A stretch of 64,000 bases of DNA from Haliotis rufescens (GCF_023055435.1 NW_025964334.1:45880001-45944000), one strand, 5' to 3'; shown: positions 1-14,883, counted from the stretch's first letter. Notes: a model not told the origin generated them from the letters alone. Program-made: numbers and translations.

Positions 1-1177
1 AATACCTTTCTTGATAAATATGTCCCAAATGTGATAAGAACATGGCTTTCAGCGTGGCACAATGAACACTGCATCCACTATAGATTGCCTGTTACTAACA
101 TGTATCAGGAATACTTTGAACTAGTTGATGTTTGGCAGCATTCTGCTAATCAGCTGGAATCAGTTGTCATGGAAACACAAGACATCATATGCTGAAACGG
201 GTTGGAAAAAGCATAATCAGTTTCAACTCAAAATCAGACAAGATGTGTTTTGGTCCATCTTCAAACATGTCGAATGAGTTTAAACCTGTATGACGAAATT
301 GTTGTGTTTGATTATCTCATGCCTAAAATACCAACAACAATTTTTTGTGGTCCTTTTGCTAAACTTTACAAAAAGTTTCAAAGGACTTCAAGATAGTATT
401 CAAGAGCCCTATGGAAAATTAACTATAACTTTAGTATTTACAAGTGTTTACATCAGATGTTGCTGAGTATTTCCAGTAAGCGTTGATTCCAATGAAATGT
501 CCGAACACTGAATACACAGTAACACCACAAGTCTAGAACCGGATGTTTATCTCCTAAATAACATACAAACTGAAACAACTGGGATTTTTTGACACAGTCA
601 ATATTTCATACATCTTAGATCAAACATTTTCAGATTAATACTTTTCAGAGCAATAGATTAAATGAACTGTCTGGCTAAGTCTAAGTCAGCTTTGAGCTTT
701 TGAAAGAAATCTCACATTTTTGCCCTTTGTCAGTTGTCAGTTTGTCAGATGTGAATAAATAGAGGATTCAAGCTACACTTTATCACATAGACAAGGGGGA
801 GTTCTAGCACACATGGGAAATCACCACAAACCACACGAGTAGTAGTACGGGTTATCTCCCTTGTTCCACCAATATTCACAAGTATGTCATGACCTTGGGC
901 CTGACGAGTAACCATGGTGATGAGACAGGTGTTCCACACCAGGTGGTAATATAACACTGCATATAGTCCACGACTGCACCATACATGCGTTCTTCATCAA
1001 ACACATACCCATGTTCCTCTCATTAGAACATACACTGGTCATGAACTGTATCTGAGATGAAAGACTAAATACATCATCTTTCATACCTTAATTTGATCAA
1101 ATTTGTGCTTTCATCAATTAATCACATATAAATTAAATCCACAAACCCAAAGTTTGAACATCCAACTCACGACATTA

Positions 1178-2103
1178 ATGCCTGCCCCAGATGGGGAGAG
1201 CCCCTATACCTGCCCCAGATGGGGAGAGCCCCTATACCTGCCCCAGATGGGGAGAGCCCCTATACCTGCCCCAGATGAGGAGAGCCCCTATACCTGCCCC
1301 AGATGGGGAGAGCCCCTATACCTGCCCCAGATGGGGAGAGCCCCTATACCTGCCCCAGATGGGGAGAGCCCCTATACCTGCCCCAGATGGGGAGTGCCCC
1401 TATACCTGCCCCAGATGGGGAGAGCCCCTATACCTGCCCCAGATGAGGAGAGCCCCTATACCTGCCCCAGATGAGGAGAGCCCCTATACCTGCCCCAGAT
1501 GGGGAGAGCCCCTATACCTGCCCCAGATGGGGAGAGCCTCTATACCTGCCCCAGATGGGGAGAGCCCCTATACCTGACCCAGATGGGGAGCCCTTATACC
1601 TGCCCCAGATGGGGAGTGCCTCTATACCTGCCCCAGATGAGGAGAGCCCCTATACCTGCCCCAGATGAGGAGAGCCCCTATACCTGCCCCAGATGAGGAG
1701 AGCCCTATACCTGCTCCAGATGGGGAGCCCCTATACTTGCTCCAGATGAGGAGAGCACCTATACCTGCCCCAGATGAGGAGTGCCCCTATACCTGCCCCT
1801 GATGAGGAGTGCCCCTATACCTGCCCCAGATGGGGAGAGCCCCTATACCTGCCCCAGATGAGGAGAGCACCTATACCTGCCCCAGATGAGGAGTGCCCCT
1901 ATACCTGCCCCAGATGGGGAGCCCTTATACCTGCCCCAGATGGGGAGTGCCTCTATACCTGCCCCAGATGGGGAGTGCCCCTATACCTGCCCCAGATGAG
2001 GAGAGCACCTATACCTGCCCCAGATGAGGAGAGCCCCTATACCTGCCCCAGATGGGGAGTGCCCCTATACCTGCCCCAGATGAGGAGAGCACCTATACCT
2101 GCC
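1178..2103. repeat. 28-bp minisatellite (CCTGCCCCAGATGGGGAGAGCCCCTATA), ~33 copies
   Basis: Direct reading; period 28. Confidence 0.97.
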
Positions 2104-5100
2104 TGGAGGGATAGGCAGATGTTTATCTCTTCAAGTGTACACCTTTTGAAGATTGTTCCTATCTAATCAGGGTAATTATATCAACCAAATCCATGTTCTG
2201 TGATAAAAATAATTCAGCAGGAATGTTAATGAGCTGTACATGCTTCAAGGACTCCAGTACGGGCCTGCTGATTGGCTCCTAGATTGGCTGATGCAGCAAC
2301 TACAACCTCACCAAGTGTCCAGTGGTCACCAACGGTATAACAACTTTTATCAAAATAAAATCAAATATGAAATAAGTTTCAACCCCAGTAGGATTCCTCA
2401 GATATGTTGAGATCCAGTGCTTACATATAGACATAACAAGTTGAAGAACACGCCATGCAACCTCTGTAGAGAGTGATGACTTTCCACAATAAAAGTACAG
2501 CTGTTGAGAGAGTGCTCGGGGGGAAGGGGGTGGTCCGGGGGAGGGGCAGTGAGAGAGAGGCTACAGCAGTATAATGCATCAGGACCATCCCCCTCCCTGA
2601 CCTGCCTCCTCAACCCACACAGTGCTGCTGCGGCTGCCTCCTTCGCTGCTTACAAGGATGGATGGTGGCTTGATGTCATGACACCCGATACCCCCTCCAG
2701 ATAATCCTTTACAACTCCTCAAAACATTCAAAACTTATGTCGGCTTTTCTACCAATATCAAACTTTGCCTAAACAGTTCTTCTACTACCAAGTTCAATTA
2801 AATACCTGCAAAATGTGTGTTTAATTCTTTCAGATTGGTTGAAGGTCATAGGATGAAGAGCTGTAGCCATGGAGACGTCTGACTAAATATGGCAGTAGTG
2901 ATACAGCTACGGCAGCCATCTTGAATGTTGCTACCTTGCAGATTATGACAAGAATGTGTTGGCTGCAGCTTTGGTTTCTGGGGGCTCTAGGAGTCCTAGT
3001 GTGCTGGTAATACCTCACTATACAGCTGTACATATATGTATACATACGTTGTTACATTGCCTCTCTATACTGCATAAACTATACTTTGACATAAAACATT
3101 GAATAACTGCTTATATGAAATACAAAGACTTTCACTTTCTGCTGATGAGTTTCAAAATGAACGTACTACACCTATACAGTGATGCCTATGTTAGAATTGT
3201 GAGAAAAGCTAATTAAACAGAACATATTGTCCACAGCATCTTTGGTTAACATTCAGGTCACAGCAACAAAAACTGCATAGTGAATAGTGAAATAGCTGTA
3301 GTGAATAAAACAAAGGGCATTTTGATATATTTCTAAATATATCCAAATACATGCTAAATTAAAAAAATTGAAACATAGTTTACAGCTGCTCTAGTGGAAA
3401 ACCTTCTCATATTTCAGAAGGCAGAATTCTAGACAGGGAACCTTCACATTGAGAGAGCTGATACATAAATGTCCTAACTTGCCAGAACTCTTTCAAACAC
3501 ATAATCATAGCTTGGTTGGAAATTGCGACGTATGTAGTTCATTCACGATTTCAGAAATAACTCCCAAATGACAGATATAAATAAATCTGATAAAAGTACC
3601 AATAAACGGGATGAAACGTCGTCTGTATCTTTCAGCAGGAAGGTTACTGCTTCAAGCTTCCCAGATCATGGGGTTATCAGTTAAATATATCCAAGTTATT
3701 TCCAACTGAAGGAATCCATGTCCTGACATAGTTTCAGATATATTTGAATTACAAATTTGACTGATATCAGTATGTTTCTCAAAGTCATCACTATTACACT
3801 TACTGGAAACAAACCGTAAAGAGCACCTGTGTTCCCTGACTTCCCAGTGGAGACTAGCGCTAGGGAAAGTGGTATACTGCAAGATCATCATCAAAGCAGA
3901 ACAAGGAACGTGGAGTTATTGCTAGCTCAATGTTTTAGAATGCAGCAAATAATGGTTACTATGGCAAGCAGACCATCAAATTGCACAAAACCTGTCTATT
4001 CCTATGTCTAAAACCATTCCTGTTCTGATGACCATTCCAAACATAAGAGATACTATTTTCCACACAAAGATAAGCTAATCTGGGAATGTACAAATGGGGT
4101 TCACCAAAAATATACATTTTGGAATATTGCCATATAATCTATTAATAAGTCAGATATGTCAAAATTTTACGCTTCACACACTTTGTACAAACAGCCTACC
4201 TACATACACTCACTGTACTTCTAGTTGTAAGTGATACATGTATGCATAACACAACACAGAATATTCTTATTGTGTCTTGAAGTATCAGTATGTACTTTCC
4301 AGTGTGTTCCTCATTATGAAGAACAATAGTTTGTCTAATGTCATAAAATGGCTGACTTTTCCAAGAGCAGCTCGTACTACAGACCCCCTCTGTCTCTGAT
4401 ACAAGTTTGCCAAGGTCAAGTACAGAGGACAGACTGGACACATGGGAAGGGAAACATGGCAGGCATCAATGAATGAAAATACTCATCACTGAGTGCCCTT
4501 TATGATTCCTTGATTCACAAACATCAACCATTAAATGATTTTATAACAATAAATCAAGCAAGTCCCTATTCATGAATGTGACAATCTAGCACTAACCCAT
4601 AATTATCATCCTATCAAAGCACAAATAAATTCACCAAATTTAAATTCCCGTAATTCCAGATGGCACCATAACCTACCTGACTACAAAAGGTTTCTGCCGG
4701 TAGTCTGCTAGCAGTAGACTCAAGTCCTGGCGGCCTGGCAGGGGGATATCCTACAGATATGTCTGATGTGGACTATATCCAATAAGTAAATGCGAAGTGG
4801 AATATATCCTACCCGAATGGAAGGTGAGTCTCCCAGCAATCCTCGGGAGCTGTAACCTCAGCACACCTACAGCACCAAGCTCTTCCAATGTGATGTACAC
4901 CTGATAGTCCAGCAGATGTACGATGATCTGAGCAGACGGACAAACTGAAGCAGACGCCTAATGCTCCAACGAAATATTCCAGTGAGAGGGTCTTTCCTCT
5001 GCTGATTCAGTACACTTACTGATCCCCTTCTCTCAGGCTCAGCCTATATCCCCCTCAACAACCCCCCTGGAGATGAAATCCAAACCTGAAACTTAACTCC

Positions 5101-7209
5101 CCCCTGGTTTGACCTGGGGTCAATGAAACCTGGCCCAATGATGAGTGTGAGTCTGTGGAAGCAGGTACTGATGACCTAACAGCATCTAAGACATGCTAAT
5201 GACTGCCTGTACATCTGGCCTCCTCTGTAACTAATTACAGCCAGAAGATGGCCTGTGTGTCAGATGGTAGCATCGCCTGGGATGGGGGAGGAAATTCAAC
5301 TCCTGTGTATCTTAGAGCTGTGTCAAACACAAACTATGTAATATTTTTATCTTTAAGCAGCAGTAACAGCGTATACATATTTAGTGTGTTTAGCTCAGCT
5401 GTGTTTAGTTGATTAAGTACATGTTCCTTCCTTTTTGTAAAACATCAAACTTTAACCATCGTTAACAACTTTATCTTTTTAGATTAATCACGATTGAAGA
5501 ACACATATTCAAAGACAAGTGTGGAAGTTGGAACCATTCATAAACATCAATATCCTAAAAACTGATTGTGAAGGATTGAAGGATTTCATATTTTCTAATC
5601 CATGATCTTCTGTGAGATTAATCCTTTGACTGTTAGTAATGTTAGAAAAGTGTTCTCAAACTTGTTATTGGTATTTCTGGCAAACAATACTAAAATTCTG
5701 ACAAGCTCAAAGTGGTTCCAACATTGGCTTTAAAAGTGTTTGGGCAATAAAACGGAACTAGGTTGATGTCAGTTAACCCTGTTGTGATGTGTCACTGCTG
5801 GACAGCATCTCCTTCAATACACATTCCACTCAGGGAGGTTTTGCTGCCACCAAGTAACCTACACTGGGTTGGCTGGCTCTGGCAGGTTTCATCAGTTGGA
5901 CAGGAAATTGGGGAAATATTATTGCAGCATGTGCAGATTTGGCTGAAAGCCAGGTAGGTTATTCGTCGCTACATTGCAGACATACGCCATTGTTGTAGGT
6001 GGCACCCCTTCTCTCCTGCCTTAGACACAGCTGCTATGTATTGCCATGGCGATAGGTAAATGTCATTTTGGGTATGTGGAGGTTTTCTGGAGTTGAAGAG
6101 AAAAAATGGAATGCTGTATTCAAGTGCAGTCAAATGAATCATTACTTGTCTACTGCAAAACATCCATGATTCTGTATCTTCGCTGCTTTTCTGCTGCAGG
6201 TTTTCCATGACATAGTTGGTAGCAGTATGTTGATGGGCGCTAATGAACTGTCATGGCTGCATGACTAGGGATACATGACTGAGAGCCTGACACACTCACA
6301 TGAAGAACCACACAGACTCTGCTGCTCATAAAAGTCACCTTCATGTTTGGTGATGGCGCTGCAATGTATTTACTTAACAGTGAAACTTTCCGGTTCAGAC
6401 ATAATATGAGTGTGTACCAATTCTGGCCATTATCATGTATACTTCAAATGTGCATCTTAAATAGTTGACTACATGTGGCAAAAATAATTGACATCTTTAA
6501 TAAATACACTAATGTGCTGCCTGTGTCTCCTTAGGTATTTTGGTATTTACTTTAACAGATCCAACAAACCAAAAGTTAACAAATGTGGGATTAAAATCAA
6601 AATTTTGAACACAGTTTTTCAAGTACCATTTGGAATAGGTCAATCTAAGACTTGTCACTCCCTAAAAACAGATTTTGATTAATCGTAATCCAACCAACTG
6701 ACAATCATTTTCCGAGATCATTAAAAAAATTAACATGTTTTTATAAATGAATTCTTATATTGGAACACAGAGCCTACAGGGAAAATAACAATGAAACAAA
6801 AGGCTCTTGACTATTTCAGCACTGTATATGTTTGTATTACTGTATGTGAGCTGGTTGCATGAACATGCACCTCACCACCAAACCCTCTCCCCCACCACCT
6901 GCACAACCTGGTCAGCCTGCCACACCCACACAGCACACACCTGTGCCCCACCCAGCAGCCCTAGATAGTTCTGTGTCTGCTGCAGTGGAAATGCCAAGTG
7001 ATTCAGTGGGCTAGAACCGTAAAGGTCACTTTCACTTGGCAGTGCATGTGGCTGACATCTCCACTGGTTAACACACAGCCAGGTATCATCTTACTCCGTT
7101 GTGCACAGAGAAGATAGACAGTACTGTTTTATAGGAACCATCTCCAGATTCTGCCTGAAAATGTCAAATATGCAACCTGTTTCAACAACAACAGTTATTG
7201 TTCATGAAC

Positions 7210-8330
7210 AAAGACACATCATCTGGCAGTGTCTGCTGTAGACTTGGTTCCAGTGTTTAGAAGACACATTGCCTTGCCATGTATGCTGTAGCCTTCTAAT
7301 TGTTCCGGTGTTTAGAAGACACATCATATGGCAGTGTCTGCCGTAACTTTGTATAGCTCCGGCATTAGAAGACACATCGTGTAGAAGTGTCTTCCGTAGT
7401 TTTGTATAGCTACGGCATTAGAAGACACATCATCTGGCTGTGTCTGCTGCAGAATTGTGTAGCTCCGGCGTTAGAAGACACATTGTCTAAAAGTGTCTTC
7501 CGTAGTTCTGTATAGCTACGGCATTAGAAGACACATCATCTGGCAGTGTCTGCCGTAGCCTTGTATAGCTCCGGCGTTAGAAGACACATCGTGTAGAAGT
7601 GTCTTCCGTAGTTTTGTATAGCTACGGCATTAGAAGACACATCATCTGGCTGTGTCTGCCGTAGCCTTGTATAGCTCCGGCGTTAGAAGACACATCGTCT
7701 AGTAGTGTCTTCCGTAGTTCTGTATAGCAACGGCATTAGAAGACACATCATCTGGCAGTGTCTGCCGTAGCCTTGTATAGCTCCGGCGTTAGAAGACACA
7801 TCGTGTAGAAGTGTCTTCCGTAGTTTTGTATAGCTACGGCATTAGAAGACACATCATCTGGCTGTGTCTGCCGTAGCCTTGTATAGCTCCGGCGTTAGAA
7901 GACACATCGTCTAGTAGTGTCTTCCGTAGTTCTGTATAGCTACGGCATTAGAAGACACATCATCTGGCAGTGTCTGCCGTAGCCTTGTATAGCTCCGGCG
8001 TTAGAAGACACATCGTGTAGAAGTGTCTTCCGTAGTTTTGTATAGCTACGGCATTAGAAGACACATCATCTGGCTGTGTCTGCCGTAGCCTTGTACAGTT
8101 CCAGTGTTTAGAAGACACATCGTCTGGCAGTGTCTGCTGTAGCCTTGTACAGTTCCAGTGTTTAGAAGACACATCGTCTGGCAGTGTCTGCCATGGACTT
8201 GTACAGCGCCAGTGTTTAGAAGACACATCGTCTGGCAGTGTCTGCCATGGACTTGTACAGTGCCAGTGTTTAGAATACACATCGCCTGACAGTGTCTGCC
8301 ATAGCCTTGTATGGCTCCGATAGTTAGAAG
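7210..8330. repeat. 53-bp minisatellite with 106/212-bp higher-order structure
   Basis: AGAAGACACATC anchor every 53-54 bp; alternating variants. Confidence 0.95.
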
Positions 8331-9867
8331 ACTGTTTATGTATTATAGATGATATAAAAAGCTTTGATAAAGAGGACATTATATAGAGCAGCATGAGATA
8401 CAGACAATCTCTCATGGAGATAGATTCAGATGTTGGTAGAAAATATCAAACAAATCTAACGATTATAACCCTAGAATCAAAATGGATTGGATAAAAAAGA
8501 ATTTATAGTTATTATTCAAGGAATGTCAATAAACATAACTTGCAGTAATAAAATCAAAAACATATTGCCATAGATAAGTAAATTAAGACTTTATCTTTAA
8601 GTGGCACTGTAGAACCAGAAGTGACAAGTTTATTTGTGGATTCCTACTTCTTTCATTCCTTCAATCGGATGTTTTGACAAAGGTACTTGCATCTGTACCA
8701 AAATGTCGCATTAAAAGAATACAAGAAGTTCAATTCTCGTCAACTTAAAAAGTTCACATATCATATGTGTTTATTCCCATTGTTGCATAATAACTATAGT
8801 AAACATACATTACATCAGCAATCATGGTACTAACATCTGTTCCCTCATTTTGGAACCCCCAGCTGTGCCAACTACATGTAATGTTAGTTGATTAATATAA
8901 TAATATGCACCCCCTACTATCCAAAACATACCACCCCCTGACAGCCCCTCCCCACGGCAGGGCACTACATGCTGGTCTAAAAGGCTGGTTTCTCACAGCC
9001 TACTACCCACCATCCCAACCCCCCGGGCACCCCCTCTCCACTGCAGGGCACTACATGCTGGGCTCTGAGGTCCCCACCCCCTAATGCTCCTGTACATGAC
9101 CAGTACATATAGAGGCCCAGTCCTAGGTGTCTGTCTGTCCAGTAGTGACTGGCCAGTGGTAGTCAGTGGTGGTCAGGGCCAAGCACAGCCTGTGTCTCAC
9201 AGAAGTCACTGCAGGCCAGATGGCAATACGTCTGCTGTCTACTATTGAGGGACCATGCAACTTCTGCAGAGGGGTGGTTGCAGTTAATTCTTCTGTAAAA
9301 GTGGGGTATTTCTTGGGACTGAAAATTAATACAGTACATCTGTACATGTGCAAGACAAGATTTCGTGTCTGGGGCATATTTTAATAGAGAAATATTTCTT
9401 CTAGATGCTCAATATGTTTGAGTGTTTCTGACAACCATAAAGTGTGATTAATTTAATGCTAAACCCCCACACTCAGAGTGTGACAACATGGTCAGGCTCT
9501 ACAACGGACCCTTCCTTAAAGACTGGTTTCTTGTGCATTGCATTGCATCACCTTTATGATATGAAGATCTTTTTTGTTGAATCAGATTTTACCCGAAAGT
9601 CTATTTTTGAATTGCTATTAATTGCATCACTGATACCTTCTCACACCACAGATTGATGTGTTAGTGTTGAGTATTTCTTTTTCCATATCCAATAGATTGC
9701 AGACAGAAATGTTTAAACACACACCGTGCATATTTTAAAAAAAGTATTACAAATATATGTAAAAAATTTGTTCACTACTTGGTAAGAGAACATCTTCCTA
9801 GGTATGACTATATTATTTTAAGGAGAAGAAATACATACATCCATTTATATATCTACCAACTACCTAC

Positions 9868-11016
9868 TGCTAGATACCTGCTAGTGTAGAATCTAAAACA
9901 CTTATCAGACATAGCAGGGAACAGACACCTGCTAGTGTAGAATCTAAGACACTTATCAGACATAGCAGTGGACAGACACCTGCTAGTGTAGAATCTAAGA
10001 CACTTATCAGACATAGCAGTGGACAGACACCTGCTAGTGTAGAATCTAAGACACTAATCAGACATAGCAGGGGACAGACACCTGCTTGTGTAGAATCTAA
10101 GACACTAATCAGATATACCAGGGAACAGACACCTGCTAGTGTAAGTGTAAGACACCAATCAGATATACCAGGGAACAGACACCTGCTAGTGTAGAATCTT
10201 AGACACTAATCAGATATACCAGGGAACAGACACCTGCTTGTGTAGAATCTTAGACACTTATCAGATATACCAGGGAACAGACACCTGCTAGTGTAGAATC
10301 TAAGACACTAATCAGATATACCAGGGAACAGACACCTGCTAGTGTACAGTCTAAGACACTAATCAGATATACCAGGGAACAGACACCTGCTAGTGTAGAA
10401 TCTAATCAGATATACCAGGGAACAGACACCTGCTAGTGTAGAATCTAATCAGATATACAAGGGAACAGACACCTGCTAGTGTAGAATCTAATCAGATATA
10501 CAAGGGAACAGACACCTGCTAGTGTAGAATCTAATCAGATATACCAGGGAACAGACACCTGCTAGTGTAGAATCTAATCAGATATACCAGGGAACAGACA
10601 CCTGCTAGTGTAGAATCTAATCAGATATACAAGGGAACAGACACCTGCTAGTGTAGAATCTAATCAGATACACAAGGGAACAGACACCTGCTAGTGTAAG
10701 TGTAAGACACCAATCAGATATACCAGGGAACAGACACCTGCTAGTGTAGAATCTTAGACACTAATCAGATATACCAGGGAACAGACACCTGCTTGTGTAG
10801 AATCTTAGACACTTATCAGATATACCAGGGAACAGACACCTGCTAGTGTAGAATCTTAGACACCAATCAGATATACCAGGGAACAGACACCTGCTAGTGT
10901 AGAATCTAAGACACTAACCAGATATACCAGGGAACAGACACCTGCTAGTGTAGAATCTAAGACACTAATCAGATATACCAGGAAACAGACACCTGCTAGT
11001 GTAGAATCTAATCAGA
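9868..11016. repeat. 51/43-bp minisatellite (CAGACACCTGCTAGTGTAGAATCT...)
   Basis: Direct reading; central block of 8-bp-shorter units. Confidence 0.95.
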
Positions 11017-11344
11017 CAATTGTTTGCATGACCCATCTTCATGACCACTACAGAGTGCTTCCTCCTTTCAACATTGGAACAGACAACTTGAGAATATAAA
11101 TATAGCCTTCAGTCTATTTAGAGATGCAGTTTTTGCACACTGGCACCTGTCCAGTTAAGAAAATGCAGTTAAACTTGACTTGAGCAGGCACCGGAATCGG
11201 AATCTTGGCTTCCGTCACACATTCTCCACGCCAATATTTTTTGTTCTTCATTTGTCAGTGCAAATTTTAACTGTTTCATGAAAAAAACTGTAACAAGTCA
11301 AATATAATATACCATCATATGAAGCGTATCAGATTTTCACAAAA

Positions 11345-11686
11345 TAGGTGAGGTGATATGGGGTTTAACGTCGCGTCCAAGATTATTGAATTTATATAGC
11401 GACATGCATACACGTGTGTGTGGGTGTATGTGGCTGCCTGTACTAGTCCGGACTGATGCCAGTTTCAAGTGCTAGCCCACTGAGATAGCATGCTGCAGTT
11501 TAACATATATACCCCACTCAGACACAGTATACTGACTCTGAGCCGACCAGTCCTTGTTTTAGCCCGCCGGACATGGTAATAACAAGTCCCATATTTTAAA
11601 GTCTTTAGGTATGACACGCCCGGGGATCGACCCTGGACCATCCACTCTCCGGGCGGACGCTCTACCACTAGACCACGGAGACGGTC
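11345..11686 (-). mobile_element. tRNA-derived SINE with Meta-like core
   Basis: Head GACCGTCTCCGTGGTCTAGTGG (A box)...GGGTCGATCCC (B box), core GTCATACCTAAAGACTTTAAAA, tail GCGACGTTAAACCCC; TSD TTCACAAAA at 11336-44 / 11687-95. Confidence 0.75.
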
Positions 11687-11729
11687 TTCACAAAAGAATA
11701 TAGACACAAAGGTCAGCTGTCCATAGACA

Positions 11730-13620
11730 GTAGTAGCTGACATAGAATATACCCAGTAGCCGACATGGACAGAAAATACCCCCAGTAGCCAACATAGAAA
11801 ATACCCCCAGTAGCTGACATAGAATATACCCAGTAGCCGACAGACAGAATATACCCAGTAGCCGACATGGACAGAAAATACCCCCAGTAGCCGACATAGA
11901 ATATACCCAGTAGCCGACATAGAATATACCCAGTAGCTGACAGACAGAATATACCCAGTAGCCGACATGGACAGAAAATACCCCCAGTAGCCGACATAGA
12001 ATATACCCAGTAGCCAACATAGAATATACCCAGTAGCTGACATAGAATATACCCAGTAGCCAACAGGGACAGAAAATACCCCCAGTAGCTGACATAGAAT
12101 ATACCCCCAGTAGCCGACATAGAATATACCCTGTAGCCAACATAGAATATACCCAGTAGCCGACATGGACAGAAAATACCCCCAGAAGCCAACATAGAAT
12201 ATACCCAGTAGCCGACATAATATATACCCAGTAGCCAACAGACAGAATATACCCAGTAGCCGACATGGACAGAAAATACCCCCAGTAGACAACATAGAAT
12301 ATACCCAGTAGCCGACATAATATATACCCAGTAGCCGACAGACAGAATATACCCAGTAGCCGACATGGAGAGAAAATACCCCCAGTAGCCAACATAGAAT
12401 ATACCCAGTAGCCGACATAGAATAAACCCAGTCGCCGACATAAACAGAATATACCCCCAGTAGCCGACATAGAATATACCCAGTAGCCGACATAGAATAT
12501 ACCCAGTAGCCGACATGGACAGAAAATACCCCCAGTAGCCATCATAGAATATACCCAGTAGCCGACATAGAACATACCCAGTAGCTGACATAGACAGAAT
12601 ATACCCCCAGTAGCCAACATAGAATGTACCACCAGTAGCCGACATAGATTATATCCAGTAGCCAATATAGAATATACCCAATAGCTGACATGGACAGAAA
12701 ATACCCCCAGTAGCCAACATAGAATATACCCCCAGTAGCCGACATAGAATATACCCAGTAGCCAACATAGAATATACCCAGTAGCTGACATGGACAGAAA
12801 ATACCCCCAGTGGCCAACATAGAATATACCCAGTAGCCGACATAGAATATACCCAGTAGCCAATATAGAATTTACCCAGTAGCCGACATAGAATATACCC
12901 AGTAGCCAACATAGAATATACCCAGTAGCTAACGTAGAATAAACCCAGTAGCCGATATGGACAGAAAATACCCCCAGAAGCCGACATAAAACATACCCCC
13001 AGTAGCCGACATAGAATATACCCAGTAGCCAACAAAGACAGAATATACCCCCAGTAGCCAACACAGAATATACCCAGAAGCCAACATAGAATATACCCAG
13101 TAGCTGACATAGAATATACCCAGTAGCCTACATGGAAAGAAAATACCCCCAGAAGCCGAAACAAAATATACCCCCAGTAGCTGACATAGAATATACCCAG
13201 TAGCCGACATAGACAGAATATACCCCCAGTAGCTGACATAGAATATACCACCAGTAGCCGACATAGAATATACCCAGTAGCCGACATAGACAGAATATAC
13301 CCCCAGTAGCCAACATAGAATATACACCAGTAGCCGACAAAGAATATACCCAGTAGCCGACATAGACAGAATATACCCCCAGTAGCCGACATAGAATACC
13401 CCCAGTAGCCGACACAGAATATATCCAGTAGCCAATATAAAATATACCCAATAGCCGACATGGACAGAAAATAATCCCAGTAGCCAACATAGAATATACC
13501 CCCAGTAGCCGACATAGAATATACCCAGTAGCCAACATAGAATATACCCAGTAGCTGACATGGACAAAATATACCCCCAGTAGCCGACATAGACAGAAAA
13601 TACCCCCAGTAGCCGACAAG
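11730..13620. repeat. 23/27/29-bp minisatellite (CAGTAGCCGACATAGAATATACC)
   Basis: Direct reading; source of the many spurious 200-460 aa minus-strand ORFs. Confidence 0.97.
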
Positions 13621-13859
13621 GTCAAAATATATACCCCCAATAGCTGAATATTCGGAATATACTCACAAGGAAAAGTCTGGAATGCTTGGCTAGGTGCTCC
13701 CACGGCTAAAACCACGCTCTAGGCACCCTGAAAACAACACAGAATATATGTTACAATATTCATTTGTAATCAATATTTCATAAATATTTATTGATATTAT
13801 ATTTCAGTTTATATAGATAAAAATGATGGATAAACATTGTGGCATAATGTAAACATCAG

Positions 13860-14151
13860 CCATCACATCTTCTTGTGTCCTAGATCTACACTGACTCATA
13901 CAACTCTACAGTAACACAGTAACTATGGTAACCATCACATCTTCTTGTGTCCTAGATCTACACTGACTCATACAACTCTACAGTAACACAGTAACTATGG
14001 TAACCATCACATCTTCTTGTGTCCTAGATCTACACTAACTAATACAACTCTACAGTAACACAGTAACTATGGTAACCATCACATCTTCTTGTGCCCTAGA
14101 TCTACACTAACTCATACAACTCTACAGTAACTCAGTAACCATGACAACCAT
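13860..14151. repeat. 72-bp tandem repeat x4
   Basis: CCATCACATCTTCTTGTG recurs every 72 bp. Confidence 0.95.
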
Positions 14152-14645
14152 CAATATACCAACTAAGACCTATTGTATCAGCTGTATCTATATTGCAATA
14201 ATATTGCTATAATGTTTATCTTAATCGCAATACTATGTCCCTGAGAGTCACCCCAAACATATGAAATATTATCACATAGATCTATTACATAGAGTTGGGT
14301 GTTGTCAGATCGTGTAAATGCATTACATGAAAGTATGTCAGCCATTTTGGATTGAGATCTACTCACTAAAACAAATTGTATTTCAAGGAATAACAACAAT
14401 AGTCAAACCTTCCCATTCTGTCACTCATTACTGTAAATACTAACATATATCCTGGCAAGATACGGTAGTTATAACCAGGCTAGATATCATAGGTGTGTCT
14501 TGGCAACCATATTGAAAAAGCAATTTATGGCCTTTACTCAAGCGTTTCATTCAAAATGTAATGATATCCTGGGCAATTAGTTGTGGACTCAACTCATATG
14601 TACATTTTTGGTGATATTTTTCATTTGGGTCTCTCTTTTTTGCCC

Positions 14646-14883
14646 ACTTCAGACCATGCTCTTATATTCACTTTAGACCATGCTCTTATATTCACTTTAG
14701 ACCATGCTCTTATATTCACTTTAGACCATGCTCTTATATTCACTTTAGACAATGCTCTTATATTCACTTTAGACCATGCTCTTATATTCACTTTAGACCA
14801 TGCTCTTATATTCACTTTAGACCATGCTCTTATATTCACTTTAGACAATGCTCTTATATTCACTTTAGACCATGCTCTTATAT
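14646..14883. repeat. 24-bp minisatellite (TTAGACCATGCTCTTATATTCACT) x~10
   Basis: Direct reading. Confidence 0.95.

Noticed and set aside
11465-13715. Several 200-460 aa hydrophobic minus-strand ORFs
   Set aside because: All frames are translations of the 23-29-bp minisatellite; no domain or splice support.
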